DNA from: Paraspadella gotoi | Lineage: Eukaryota > Animalia > Chaetognatha | NCBI GenBank assembly: GCA_051294375.1 | Contig: CM119263.1 | Coordinates: 28,619,280-28,683,279 of the forward strand | Length of the DNA stretch: 64,000 nt | Reading direction: 5' to 3' | Shown here: positions 26,787 through 39,909 of the stretch, in pieces | How the letters are laid out: the number at the start of each line of letters is the position of its first letter | Position numbering within the stretch: the first letter of the stretch is position 1 | Translations under genes and position numbers: made by a program | The notes under the pieces: generated by a model | Seen by the model: the letters and a program-made list of their open reading frames with translations, nothing else | The model's database searches: none | Told to the model about the DNA's origin: nothing

Positions 26787-28005
26787 CCTCTCTCTCTCTC
26801 TCTCTCTCTCTCCCTCGTCTGCCTTAATTGACTTCTGCTGCCACAACTTTCTCCAGACGCCGGCGCAAATCTTGTTTTCTCTTTCATCAATTTTCGTTTT
26901 CTCCCGCCAGTCAACGGAGGAGTAAACCGGAAGGACTCAAACCCTACCCTACTACCACCGACGTTGCCACCAATTTGGCCACTTCGGACCACGACCTCTA
27001 CCTCCACTGCTTTTTAAAACACTTTACCCACAACAACGCTTGCATCCACAATACCAAAACACCACCACACCACCACAAACTCCGACACCATCACAACCGA
27101 CCAAGACTGCCGCCGCGTCCCAGATGCCAATATTCACCGCCGCCGTCAACCTTACCCCTTCCGCTGCCTCTACCGCTGCCGCGGCCACCGCTGCCGCTGC
27201 TGCCGTTGCCGCGGCCACCGCTGCCGCCGCTGCCGCTGCCGCCGCTGCGCCGCCCCCACATCCGATGCAGTCTAATCTCATCTTCTTTCCTTTTTTTCAA
27301 GAAGATGGAATCGAAGAGAATCACTTTTCTTTTTTCTCTCCCAATTTTTTTTCTCGCCTCCTCAGCTACATTCGGCGTTGCCGTCATTTGTTCCTCCCCA
27401 TTTTATCCGATTTTTATCCCGATCATTCGCCCGATCACGCGCCCGATTACAAGCCCCATCATAAGCCCCATCCCAATGACGCGCCCAATGACGCGCCTGA
27501 TCACGAGCCCCCTGAGCAATCTTATCACAAGCCCAATTAAGGGTTCCAAAAGCAATTTCATCACGCGCCAATCAAGCGCCCAATCGTCCGCCCTGATAGG
27601 GATTCTATCACCGGCACAATTGCGCTCTCCATAATGCATCATATGTCTTATCAGCCACCAAATGCCATGCTCACCCTTCACGCATCACCATTGCGTCTTC
27701 CGACTTTTTATCACATTGAATCACTCACCCTATCACGATCCTTATCACTCACCTTATCACTCGTCCTCTGGCCTCTATCACTTTAGCAGCCGCATCATTC
27801 ACAGTCACAATCCAGACTCTCACCTCCAATGTCCCCACATTTTTCTCCCTCCAGGTTTTATTTAATCAAAGACTCACGCGTTTCACCAAGGATCTCCCCA
27901 AATTCGATATCGCCCCCCCCCCCGCACTCTCTCTCTCGCCACCCTCAACTACCCTCTCTCCTCCCTCTCATCTCTCTCTCTCTCTCTCTCTACGCCACCC
28001 TCACT

Positions 28006-28093
<88 letters not shown>

Positions 28094-29039
28094 TCTCTCT
28101 CCCACTCACCTCTCCCCTTTCCAATTCTCCCGTCCTCGCGCCTTCGCGCGATTCCTTCCCGCCTTTTTCCGAGAAATCTTTCCCTTTTTCTGAGAAATCT
28201 TTGGTTTCCCCTCGTTCATCAGACTTTTCTTGATTTTCGCTCCCAAGTCTTTTGGTTCTCGAGCGACGATTTGTGGTCGAAGCTCTTCTCTGGTAACGGG
28301 AGGGCCATTTCAAAATATGTTTTAAAGCTAAACTATTTACTATCATTATTCAAGGCAATTATTTTTAATTATTATCGTTGCTTGTTTTCAGATACATTTT
28401 AATCTTGACCCACTAATTTACCGTCAATTTTGTGTTTTCGCTTATATAACCATTATAATTAAAGCAAGATAATTTTTTTTATCTTCCTCAGCATCTTACA
28501 CACTATAAATAAAAATATTAATAGTTTCTATTTTTAAATTTTCTGATCCAAAAGTAGTTCTCCTTTTCGTTTTTCAATTTTATCCGAATTAGCTTCATTC
28601 AATATTTTCATATTCTCGCTACGAGGCTTCAGTTTTTCTTCCTCCTTCACTCGGCGTTCCTTTCAGGTTTTTTTTTTGTCTATCTATAATCGTCGTCGTC
28701 GTCGTCCTCATCGTCGTCGTCACTGTCATCGACCTGGACACGGTCTTCTTTGTCACTCACTTCACAGTGATCTTCGTAGACACCTTCGTCGTCGTCGTCG
28801 TCGTCGTCGTCGCCCCCGTCTTCTCCTTTCTCCAGAAAGGCGCCGCACGCGAGTGGCATGAGGCCCAGAACGCGTTGAGGGAAGCGCGCGCGACGTGACT
28901 TGAACGACGAGCGACCAATAAGACGTCGAGACCGTTCAGCCGGTCGACCAATCACGAGGCAGAGCTGTGAGGGATAATGGTAATGTCGCTTGTTTTTGAC
29001 TACCAGTTTGATGTCAGGCACTTCCTATGTAGGAAGCAC

Positions 29040-29560
<521 letters not shown>

Positions 29561-31489
29561 TAATTTTCCGCGCTGTTTGTTTTCACCTCTCATTCATTTC
29601 TGATTCTTGTCAGAGTCCGGCCCAAGTGAAAAACAACAACAACAACAACACTAACAAAACAGAGACGCCTGTCGTCGTGATTTCCTAAAATAACAAAGCT
29701 CAAAGAGACGCCTGACGGCTGCGTTTGCCTGACGGCCCTGACAGGGCTCGTCCGTGGACCAGACTGTGTACTGTTTGACAGTCTCGCTCTGTCGTTTCTT
29801 ACCGCTTACAATTACGTCTTTCGAATCTGTTCGTTCGCCTGTTAGTTCCGTTTTTGCCCGCCTGGTTCTCTTTATCTCTTGACCACTCACCAGATACTGT
29901 AACTCGTAATTTCGATACTGATTTCGATACTAGTGATACTGACCTCCTTTCGGGTCATACTGGTCGAAATTCAAGTCATACTTCTCCCATTTATATTAAT
30001 ACCGAGTTATATGTATTTTTAGCAAATCTAAAAAAAAACTATAACCGCCTTACGATACAATCTTCATCTCAATTAGAACAACATTTAAAAAAAGCAACAT
30101 TTTTTTCCCTCCCAACTGATGAATTATTTCTTTTCTAAGGAATTTTTCTCTCGTGTTTATTCGTTGCGCTGACAAACGGTTTCCATGGCGACAAAGCGTA
30201 AAACGAAACAAACAACGGACGGACGTAGGATTTTTTTCATCCGGAGAATATTAATTTTTTTTTATCATTTGTTTTTTTATTATCTTTTAAAGTTAGTTTA
30301 CTGGACGGTTCTTCTTGAAAAAATAATTTTAAAAGCTACTTTTTACGTTAAAGCTATCTACCTATCTCTTACTCTAACTTATCAATGAGTACTGGGTCAT
30401 ATTGTATTAATAATGTCATTTTCTAATTGAGAAATTCAGCAGAAATAAATTAAAATTACTTTTTTGTTAATTTCCGACGTATGATTCTCTTCGTTGGTAC
30501 CAATTCAATGGTGCCAATGTTCTACTGTTACAATTGATGCTATAAAAAAAACAAAAAAAAAACACACAAATCAAATAAATAAAATGTTAATTAGTTCATT
30601 TGTCAGTTATCAAACTTTGGATTTTAATTCGAATCGTAAAAAAAAAGAACAAGTTTTTTTCGTTGGAGAAAGATCGATCGACTTTCTTCCCCTTCGGCTG
30701 AGACGACCTCTTTTCAAGGCGACGTCAGCATCTTTCCGTCCGAATTAATCGATTTAGTTTTAACCCAATTTCGGGGTCCTTTTTATTGCAGCTTAATGTT
30801 TCTTTTTGATTTCTTTCTCATTGAGCCTCGCTACGAGACTGTTCTGTTTTGGACTTTTTGGTCACAACATTTATCGTTCAATTTACGTTAATCGCCGATC
30901 AATTTAGAATTCAATCCTTCTCACCTTTATCTCAAAGACTTTCCTATTCATATACTTACCTATTTACCTCTACTTCTATTCAGTCTCTACTACATTTCTA
31001 TTCAGCTCCCAATCCCATTAGATTCAGACCCCACTCCCCCCAGTCCATTTCCATTCATTCAGCTTCTGGTCCCTAGAATTTTCTATTTGAAAACCGGGAT
31101 GTTTACGACGTCCCTGAGGATTTGAGCCGCTGTCGCCGGCGCCGGCGCCGCTTCCGCCGCCGCCAACGACGACGACGAAGCTCTTCGTCCTTGGCTCAAC
31201 GTCTTCCATCTGCCCCAGTAAAACCTCGGAGACGGAATCCTTCGGTTGGGTTAATCCTCGCTTTCGTTGTCGTCGTCGTCGTCGTCGTCTTCGTCGTCAC
31301 CCATCTCGTCGCAGAAGGCGCCACAATTCGCGCCATTTTTGGCGCCACATTTCGTGCAATTTCCGACGCCACGTTTTACGCTATTTTATTTTGCGCAAAG
31401 TTGGAATCCAACGAGAAAAAAAATATGGCCGATCGTTGGAAAATGACAATCTTATTGGCTAAAAAATAATAAAAGATACTGCAATGACA

Positions 31490-31612
31490 GAGTTGTGGCA
31501 GTGACAGCAGGAAGCGCCGCTATGACAGCAGGAAAGGCTGCAGCGACACGAGAAAATGCCGCAGCGACAGCTGAAAGCGCCGCAACGACAGTAGGAGGCG
31601 CCGCAGCTCTGC
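31490..31612. repeat. 21-bp degenerate minisatellite (about 5-6 units, GACAGCAGGAAGCGCCGCAGC-like)
   Basis: Units recur every 21 nt: GTGACAGCAGGAAGCGCCGCT, ATGACAGCAGGAAAGGCTGCA, GCGACACGAGAAAATGCCGCA, GCGACAGCTGAAAGCGCCGCA, ACGACAGTAGGAGGCGCCGCA. Confidence 0.75.
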
Positions 31613-32244
31613 GAATGCGATTCAACGGGATTTACGATTTGACGAAAAACGTTTATTGGGCGAAGCGACGCCCGAAGTGCAGGGAGTGGAGCCGGGAGTG
31701 AAGCCAGGACTCAGGAGTGGACCCGGGAGTGGACCCGGGAACTGATCCGGGAGTGGCGCCCGAAGTGGCGAAATTAGAACTTGGCTCATTGGAGTGATGG
31801 GCGCTGGTGGCATGTTCCACGATGGCGCGGAAGACCGTGGGTCAAGAAAGAGAGTGACAAGACGGACCGTGCTCCACTGGTTGATGACGGAATGGGGGCA
31901 ATGGCGGGAAAAGGCAACGCGCGGGGAGTCAGTGGTTAATACGGGGAAAAAGTCAAAGTTCAAGAGGTTTGGGATTATCACGGTCTGCTACGTAGAGTTT
32001 GAGACTTAGTTTTAAAAGTAATGATTTAAAAAATTATGAAAAAAATAAAAATCTTAAAGATATATATATGGAAACTTGGACGAGGCTTGGGCGCTGTCAT
32101 CTGGTACTAGAGTGTAGCAAAAGATATATATGAAAAAAAATAAAAGTCAATTTATAAAAAAAAATTAATTTATTTTTGCAGTTGGCTATATCTATATAGT
32201 ATATATAAATTATATATTATATATTATATATAACTATATATTTA

Positions 32245-32500
32245 TATAGTACTATCCCTATAAATCATAAAATTTCAAAATAAGCTTTTCTTAATTTTGA
32301 TGGAAGATTTGAATTCTTCTTCAAAAGATGATGAAAAAAAAATCATTTTTAAAAATTCTTTAAAATTTAATTTTCAGTTTAAAATATAGATTTTTCTTAT
32401 TTTTGACCTTAATGAAGGAATTTTTCAAAAAGAGTTATATTTCTTTTTAGAAACTTTTTATGACGAATCCAAATCTGTAAAAAAACCTTACAAAAAACTA
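32245..32500. mobile_element. Fragment of the AT-rich MITE-related repeat
   Basis: Near-identical in inverted orientation to 4550-4870. Confidence 0.65.
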
Positions 32501-34957
32501 TTTAATAACAATATATTTATATATATAGAAAGAAATCAAAATCCCGGGCAAAGAAGTAAAACTCAAACACAATCAGAGGCGAATAAAAAATGGAGTCTCA
32601 TCTTCGATCGAGAAAATCGAGGCCATTGGTTCATCCGAGTTTATGTGACTAAATCGTTCGGCGACTCTTGATGGATTTCGGGGCCATACCATTTCCTCAC
32701 TGGGGAGGACATTCTGTAATCTGCATGGCAAGGAATAGTGCAATGACCAACGGGGTTCGCCTTTTGAACGGTGCGAAGTCGGTTGCGGACTGATTCCATG
32801 AGCAGATTAGGGAATTGGTTTTTCCGCTGACCTCGATTATTGTTATTTAATCAAACATAATCGAAAGTTTATGACCGAATTATTATGGTTATATGGGTAT
32901 ATTTTGTCGAAATTTTGTGGTTATTTTTAAATTGTGTAATTTGCTAAGTATAGACTTTTTCAGCTTATATTACATATGGAAATTACAAATATTGCTCTAT
33001 TGTTTTTGCTGAATAAGCTAATTATATTAATATTATATTTTTTTTTTCACGTAAAGCCATGAAAAACTTTAATTATAGTTTTCAATAAACTTGTTCATAT
33101 ATTCAGCTCCACAATCTTGGATCCTTTCTTCACCATTTGCTCCTTTATCCCATATCAATTATTTCTTCTGCGTCTTCTGATAGCCTAAATCTTTGCGACA
33201 ATTAAATTCGCTAGGTGATCACTACTCCTTTTTCTTTGCTCTTTCGTCTCTGCTCCTTCATCTCAACTCCTTACCTCAGAATTTGCTCCTTTTTCCTTTT
33301 CCTACTCAAGAGACTCAAGAACGAAAAAAAAAACCTTTTTCTTCGCTCCTTTGAAAATGAATCATCATTGAAAATTCTTTGTCCCAGACTTCCGGAGTTC
33401 TAACCCTGACCCTTTGCCCCAGACATCCGGTTCTGGTCCTCTAAACCTGACCCTTTGCCCCAGACTTTAGGGCCCCTTAATCTGCTCTTTACCTACGACC
33501 CCATAAGACTGACACCCAACCAATCTAGCCCATATCATTGACCTAATTTCCCTCTTCCTCCTGCCCTTCACTCTCCACCCTCTGCCCTTCACTCCTTAAC
33601 CTCTACTCTTCTGCTCTTCCTCTTCCCTAATCCATTTCTCCGCCGCCAGTGTTGACGAATGGCCTCCCCTACTCTCCCCCTCCCCACAACCCCTCCCCAC
33701 ACCCTGCCCTACCTCCTCCCCAATCCCCACCTTGATTTCCCCTCGACGGTTGACCTCTCATTTTTCGGTCCAGGATCAAAAAAATGTCCCCAACGGATCT
33801 TGAGCTTCGTGGGGGGGGAAAAAAGAAAGAAGAAAAGAAAGAAGAAAACCAGGAAATCGAGCTTTTCGCTCGTTTTTTCTTGGAAAAACTTACCTCGACC
33901 TCAAATCTTGACCCAATGAAACTTTTAGCAAACGATTAACCTCTTACCTCCTGCGACTTTTTCGACCACTCAATTTCAAGACGGTACACGTCACATTCTT
34001 TTTTTTTAGCTGTTTGAGTCAGCACGTACAAGGCTGGCTAGGATTTATTACTTTTTGTAATTATTTTTGTAATATGAATTTCTATTTTTCTCTCTCTACC
34101 AGACCGATTAGTCAATTAAAAGAACAATGAAAACAAAATCTTTATTTATATATTTATTGGAATAGAATATTCTATAAAAGCCACTCTGTTATTCCCCCTT
34201 CCAGTTAGCCACAGCATTATCCCTACACGTCGGCGCACGCCATACTCGCCAACACAGTCCTTTTTTGACCCTCTCCGGAATCTCTCGTTCCTTTTTCATC
34301 TCAAACCCCAATAATCTAATCCTACGATTTGTTCTAATTTTCCCTCCGGTTTTCTCATCCCAAAACTCGTCAGCATTTGTATCTCATCACAGTCTTTTCA
34401 CTCTCGACACGAGTCGTCGCGATGGACCATCATGTCTTTCACACTCGTTAATCGACATTATCACCCCAGGCCATCTTTGCCTCTTTTCACACCCCCTCAT
34501 TCTCACGGCCTTCATCTTTTTGCTCTCACCCACTCTTCCGGCAAAATCCGTTTCCTTGTTGCTCCTCAACCTCCATCCCCCCTCCACCTCCTCCCTGACC
34601 CATTGACCACCACCACTGACCACCACAACTAACTCTACCTAACCCCCTCACCCCCATTTTTTCGCGCCTCATGGGCAGCGACTCGATCCTGATTAAGTCG
34701 GGGATTTTTTTCCTTCCGGCGACTCAAAGCGAATTTGGTTCCAACTCTTTTTTTTCTTTTTTTTTTTCTTTATTTTTCTTTATTTTTTTTTCTTATTTTA
34801 TTCTTTTTTTTCTTCTTTTTTTTCCGCTTTTTTCGTCTTTTATTTTCGTTTCGCGTCGAACGTCGGTCAAAAAACAAAATGGCGGACGTGGATTAAATTG
34901 CAGTGCGGATTGCGTAACGAGAGCGAGGCTGGCATTTTCTCAGAAGTAATCGAAAAA

Positions 34958-35787
34958 GCATTTAATTATTTTTTAAATATATACGACATAAAACCTCAAC
35001 CGAACTTCATACAATCATACAATACAATTTCTCCCAGTTTGTCATATATTTCAGTTCATCTACAGTGTTTTAAATGAACTTTCGTACTGTTCGTACATTT
35101 AACCTCCGTTGTCAAGGAGACTCTTTTGACCGAGTTTTTCGCTCGAGCCAAAACAGGACTCGGTCAGGATTTCAAGGTTTAGATTCCGCTCTGCCCAGAT
35201 TAGGGTTGGCCGTGGTCGGACTTGAATAGTAGAGTGGAGCTCCCGAGAACAAAAATTTGATTTTAGTCAATTAAAAATAATAATATTATGCGAGATAGTA
35301 TGATTATGGAATATATAAAATATTTTGTTCATATTGTTTCGACAACAGAAACGCAAAATGAAATATATNNNNNNNNNNGCATTTAATTATTTTTGAAATA
35401 TATACGATATAAAACCTCAACCGAACTTCATACAATCATACAATACAATTTCTCCCAGTTTGTCATATCTTTCAGTTCATCTACAGTGTTTTAAATGAAC
35501 TTTCGTACTGTTCGTACATTTAACCTCCGTTGTCAAGGAGACTCTTTTGACCGAGTTTTTCGCTCGAGCCAAAACAGGACTCGGTCAGGATTTCAACGTT
35601 TAGATTCCGCTCTGCCCATATTAGGGTTGGCCGTGGTCGGACTTGAATAGTAGAGTGGAGCTCCCGAGAACTAAAATTTGATTTAAGTCAATTAACAATA
35701 ATAATTTTATGCGAGATAGTATGATTATGGAATACATAAAATATTTTGTCCATATTGTTTCGGCAACAGAAACGCAAAATGAAATAT
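34958..35787. repeat. ~410-bp direct duplication across a 10-N gap (probable unmerged allelic contig overlap)
   Basis: 34958-35368 and 35379-35787 are nearly identical with scattered SNPs and abut an N run. Confidence 0.85.
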
Positions 35788-36529
35788 TGTGGCGGTATAT
35801 TCACACCGCCTCCCGTCCATCATCCTTCAGCCAAATTGATTGGCTCAGAGGAGGACCCCACCATCCCAAGCGTAATGTTCCATCCACAGTCCTAACGATT
35901 TCCCTCTGCGTTAGCAAAGCGAGACCGTCCTAGGGTAACCGCGCCAGTGACTGGAAGCGTCACTGAGGGTAGGAAGCCCCCAAAGCCAACAGTGAGATGC
36001 CCCATCCCAATGGGCATCATAGGTAACCCTGCTGTTGCCATGATATATTTATAGTATTATCCTTATAAAATAAAAAAATTTCAAAATGATTTGTATAAAA
36101 TTTTTATTAGCGATTCCTCATAAAAAGTTAGACCAAAAATATAAAACATGTTATCAAAAATTATTTTGTCTTCAGTACCAAATTTGAAAAAAAGGTTAAA
36201 ATTCATTACGTTTGTACTCTTTGTAGTAAAACCTTTAAGGAAGGAACTTTTGATACAACCAAGAATGAGATTGAGTTCGCTTACAAACCTAATATGTGAT
36301 AAAACTTTTTTGCTATTTTTCGCAGCTTTAACTTTAAAATATCATATAACTTATTTTACAAAAGTTTTTTTTTTTAAGAATCTGAATCTGTTATTAAAGT
36401 TAAAGAAGAATGATTTTAAAATTTTATGAGTTTACAAGGATATTAGTACCAAGAAAATACAATTTGCTCTACTGTTATGCTAAAAAAAAATATTGTTAAC
36501 GCGCTTAATATATTCATCACTCCACCCTA
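35651..36529. mobile_element. Second MITE copy, carrying a nested 255-bp insertion
   Basis: Same termini (TAGAGTGGAG...CTCCACCCTA) and internal similarity to 25901-26523. The extra length is explained by the insert at 35788-36042. Confidence 0.7.
35788..36042. mobile_element. 255-bp GC-rich insertion with ATAT target-site duplication
   Basis: Flanked by ATAT at 35784-35787 and 36043-36046, termini TGTGGC...GCCATG. Absent from the homologous site of the 25901 copy, and apparently from the duplicate copy ending at 35368, which reads GAAATATAT before the gap. Confidence 0.6.
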
Positions 36530-37592
36530 TTGAATAACGCTTGTTTCCATAGTTTCTCCTAATTCCTTCTGATTGGCTTTCCGTTGCGATTGGCTTCTCT
36601 TTCTTAATGGATCAGAGTGATGTTTGGCTTTTATTGCAATTAGCTTTGCGTTTTGATTGGCCATGGCCAAGAGGAAAACTCGTCGACTGATAAATCTTTT
36701 TTTCCTTTTCTCGTATAATTGCGACATTCTTACGTGTTTAATTCGAAATCTTAGTATCTGTTTTATTTAGTATCCGTTTATTTTTTTTTCTTGCTTCGCA
36801 GACGATAATGAAAAATGTTTTGTGCAAAATTTGTCTTTCCTTATTGGATTTTTCTTTCAGCTTTTTAGTATCTTGTCTTAATGCCTTAATGCCTTAATGC
36901 CTTAATGCCTTAATGCCTTCCCCTTTTTCCTTTTCTCGGTCTTGGCCTCTTTCTCTTTTCCATTGTCTCTCCTGATCTCTGCTTATCAGCACTCTTCTCA
37001 TCTCCATGTTTTCATCACTTCTTCCTCTCTCTCTCTCCAGTATCACTTCCCCGCTCACTCTTTCTCCTTTCCACCTAAACCACCCTCGACCACCCATTTC
37101 TTATCGCAGGTGGTTTTTCTGGGTCGCTCGCATCTTCCACCTCACCGTCCATAAAAAAAAAAAAAGAAAAAAGAAAAAGAAAGATGAGGACGAGAGGAAA
37201 GGAAAAGAGGGGGACGACCTCGCGTCCGGGTCACCGACAACGATGACGACGACGTCGACGACGACGTGGCAACTCGAGTAACGACGTCCCTGGCGACGCC
37301 GTTAAGGACGCCGTAGGAAAAACGATCGCGACCGCCACGCCCATTGCGACGACGACGACGAAGAAAGAAGAAGACAACGACGATGACGACGAATAAAACG
37401 AGAGACGACGAAGAAGACGCACGAAGCGTCGACCATCGATAAATTATAAAAAAAACAAACATCTCGAAACTCTCCAAGTTCTTTTCTTATTGGCTACAGT
37501 TAGCGGAGATAAAGCGAGATTAAACACTGCTCTTGGAGTGTCTCCCTCTCTCTCTCTTCCTCTTCCTCTCTCTTCTCTCTCTCTCTCTCTCG

Positions 37593-37629
<37 letters not shown>

Positions 37630-37830
37630 ATCTCTCTCTCCTCTCTCTCTCTCAAACATAATTTCATCATCTCTGAAAAAAGAGAAATAAAAAAACAAAA
37701 GGAGAAGAGAAATAAACGAGACAAACCGACGCAAATTTTAATAATAAAAAAAGAAGAGAAAGAGAAAAAACAAAAATTATTCTTTTGTTTATTTTTATTT
37801 CATCGACGATAAACAAAAAGCTAAAAATAA

Positions 37831-39909
37831 ATGAGGTGGGAAGTGGGCGTGGCCGCAGGGAGGAAGAGGAGGAGGAGGAAGAGGAATCCCAGAAATTCAT
37901 ATCAACTCTTATTAATTCTGAGCGGAAAGGAGGAAGAGAAAATTGAGATGGAGTGGGAAAACGTTGTTGTTGTTGTTGGGAGGAAGCCAGAGGAGGTTGA
38001 GATGGGGAAAAGAGAGGATGAGATGAAGAAAAGAGAGGATGAGACGAAGGACATAAAGGTTGAGATGGGAAAAAGAGAGGATGAGATGAACCAGATGAAG
38101 TCGATGACCGAAAGGATGGAGAATATTTCGCCGAAAACCGTTGGCAGCAATGGAGCGCAAATGGACAAAACTGGCAGCTCGAAAAAGGATCAAATGAACG
38201 ACAAATATTGCAAGGGAAAACCAGAAAAAAACCAAAGGGATGATCTTCGACATTTTCAAGACTCATCATCAAATCGAGATCGAAGCGGACAAAGTGTTGG
38301 ACATAAACTCGAACGAAATCACACATTTTCGTCAATGAAAGACAAAAAGGAATCGATGCTTTTCTTAGGCGACAATATTTTTCATCCCAAATTCATGACG
38401 AAGGACAAACTGGGACAATCACTGGCAATCTCGCCAAAGGATATAGTGAGCGACGCGAAAAAGTCATTAATTCATGACAAACAATCGATTAAAAGTTTTT
38501 TCCATCCTGAAAAATCGAAATACATTCGGGAACAAACTCCGGCTAATTTATCAAAAGAAAGATTATTATTACGCGTCAAGAATTCGTCTGAAAAAAATCA
38601 CGTTCGTCGTAAAAACTCGAAAAGAATCGTTAAAAGTTTTGGGTCAGAAATGAAAAATCGAAAGAACTTTTGTAAAATCGAAAAATCGCGGAAAATAAAA
38701 AGTCTTTGGCCGAAGAAATCACGGACGGATGACGACGATGACGACGATGAGGACGACGAAGTGACGACGACGACGACGAGAACCACCGCCGGACTCATTA
38801 CTCTTTCAACGACATATCACACAGGACGCCCCGACGACGCCGGTTCGATATTCCGACGCCGACATCGACCCCGCCAACGACGCCGTCGCCGCCACCGCCG
38901 CCCCTACCGCGCCTCGACGCCACTGCCATCGGAAATGAAAAGCGGCGCTCATTCCTCATTCCGGGCGGCGTCGCTAGCCCGGCGTTCCGCGGCCGCGGAG
39001 GATTTTCCGTCGGCGAAGTTCGATGCGAGTGAGACGTGGAGAGGAGAGTGGACGAGGTGGTTGGAGCTGGGGTGGTCGGGAAGATGGAGTCGGAGAAGAA
39101 GGTGGAGTAAAACGCGCTGGAGCAGAACAAGATGTCTCCCGTCTCTCTCTCTCACCCCGTCGATTACTCCGTCTCTCTCTCCGTTCACGTCGTCTCCCTC
39201 TCTATCGTTTCGTCCTCTCTCGACGCTCGATTCGTCTCCCTCTCTATCCTTTCGCCCTCTATCTCCCTCTCCTTCTCCCGATTTTCATCATTCATCCCCC
39301 TTTCCTCCCTCTCTCTCCTTTTTGCCTTCGAAAGAGAAAAAACTCGATGAAAAATTGGGAATAGAACCGAAGAAAATTATATCCGGAGTTTCGTTCGAGT
39401 TCACATCCGGGGTCTCTCCCGCTGAGGCATCGACGCCGACGTCAAAGGTTACGTCGCCGATTACGTCGCCGATAACTTCGCCGACTTTCTCGCTAATTAA
39501 ATCGACAACGACTTCATCTGTATCGTCGTCTTTGAATTCAAGGTCGGAGTTAAACCCAAACGAAACGACAATCGTCGCTGATTCGTCGATTATCGACTTC
39601 GATCGACCAATCAGAGTCGAGGCTTCTTCCTCGTCTTCGTCCTCCTTCTTCGTCTCTTCATCGTCGCCCCGTTTACCTTCCTCGTCCTCTCCTTCTCTCT
39701 TCGGCTTCTTCTCATCCCGGTTCGCTACTTCTAATTCGTCCACCACTCCTCTCGGCTCCTCCTCATCCTCCTCCTCCTCCTCTTACACCTCCTCCTCCTC
39801 CTCACCCTCCTCCGCCATCTTGTGGCGCCACCTCTTTGTTCTCAGCCTCATCTCCGTCGTTGGCGCAGGTAAAAAAAAAAGGGGGAAAAAAGGGAAAATA
39901 GGAAAATAG
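37831..39909 (+). other. 692-codon low-complexity open frame; only the 3' end (signal-peptide-like segment plus donor at 39869) is linked to the LDLa gene
   Basis: Stop-free over 2079 nt with E/K-rich repeats, a basic region and Ser-rich tracts. No recognisable domain. Ends [17 protein letters not shown]|gtaaaa. Confidence 0.35.

Noticed and set aside
34958-35787. Biological tandem duplication
   Set aside because: The two copies abut a 10-N gap, typical of unmerged allelic contig ends.
39288-39746. 152-aa acidic minus-strand ORF
   Set aside because: Antisense shadow of the Ser-rich plus-strand frame; no ATG start, splice context or domain.
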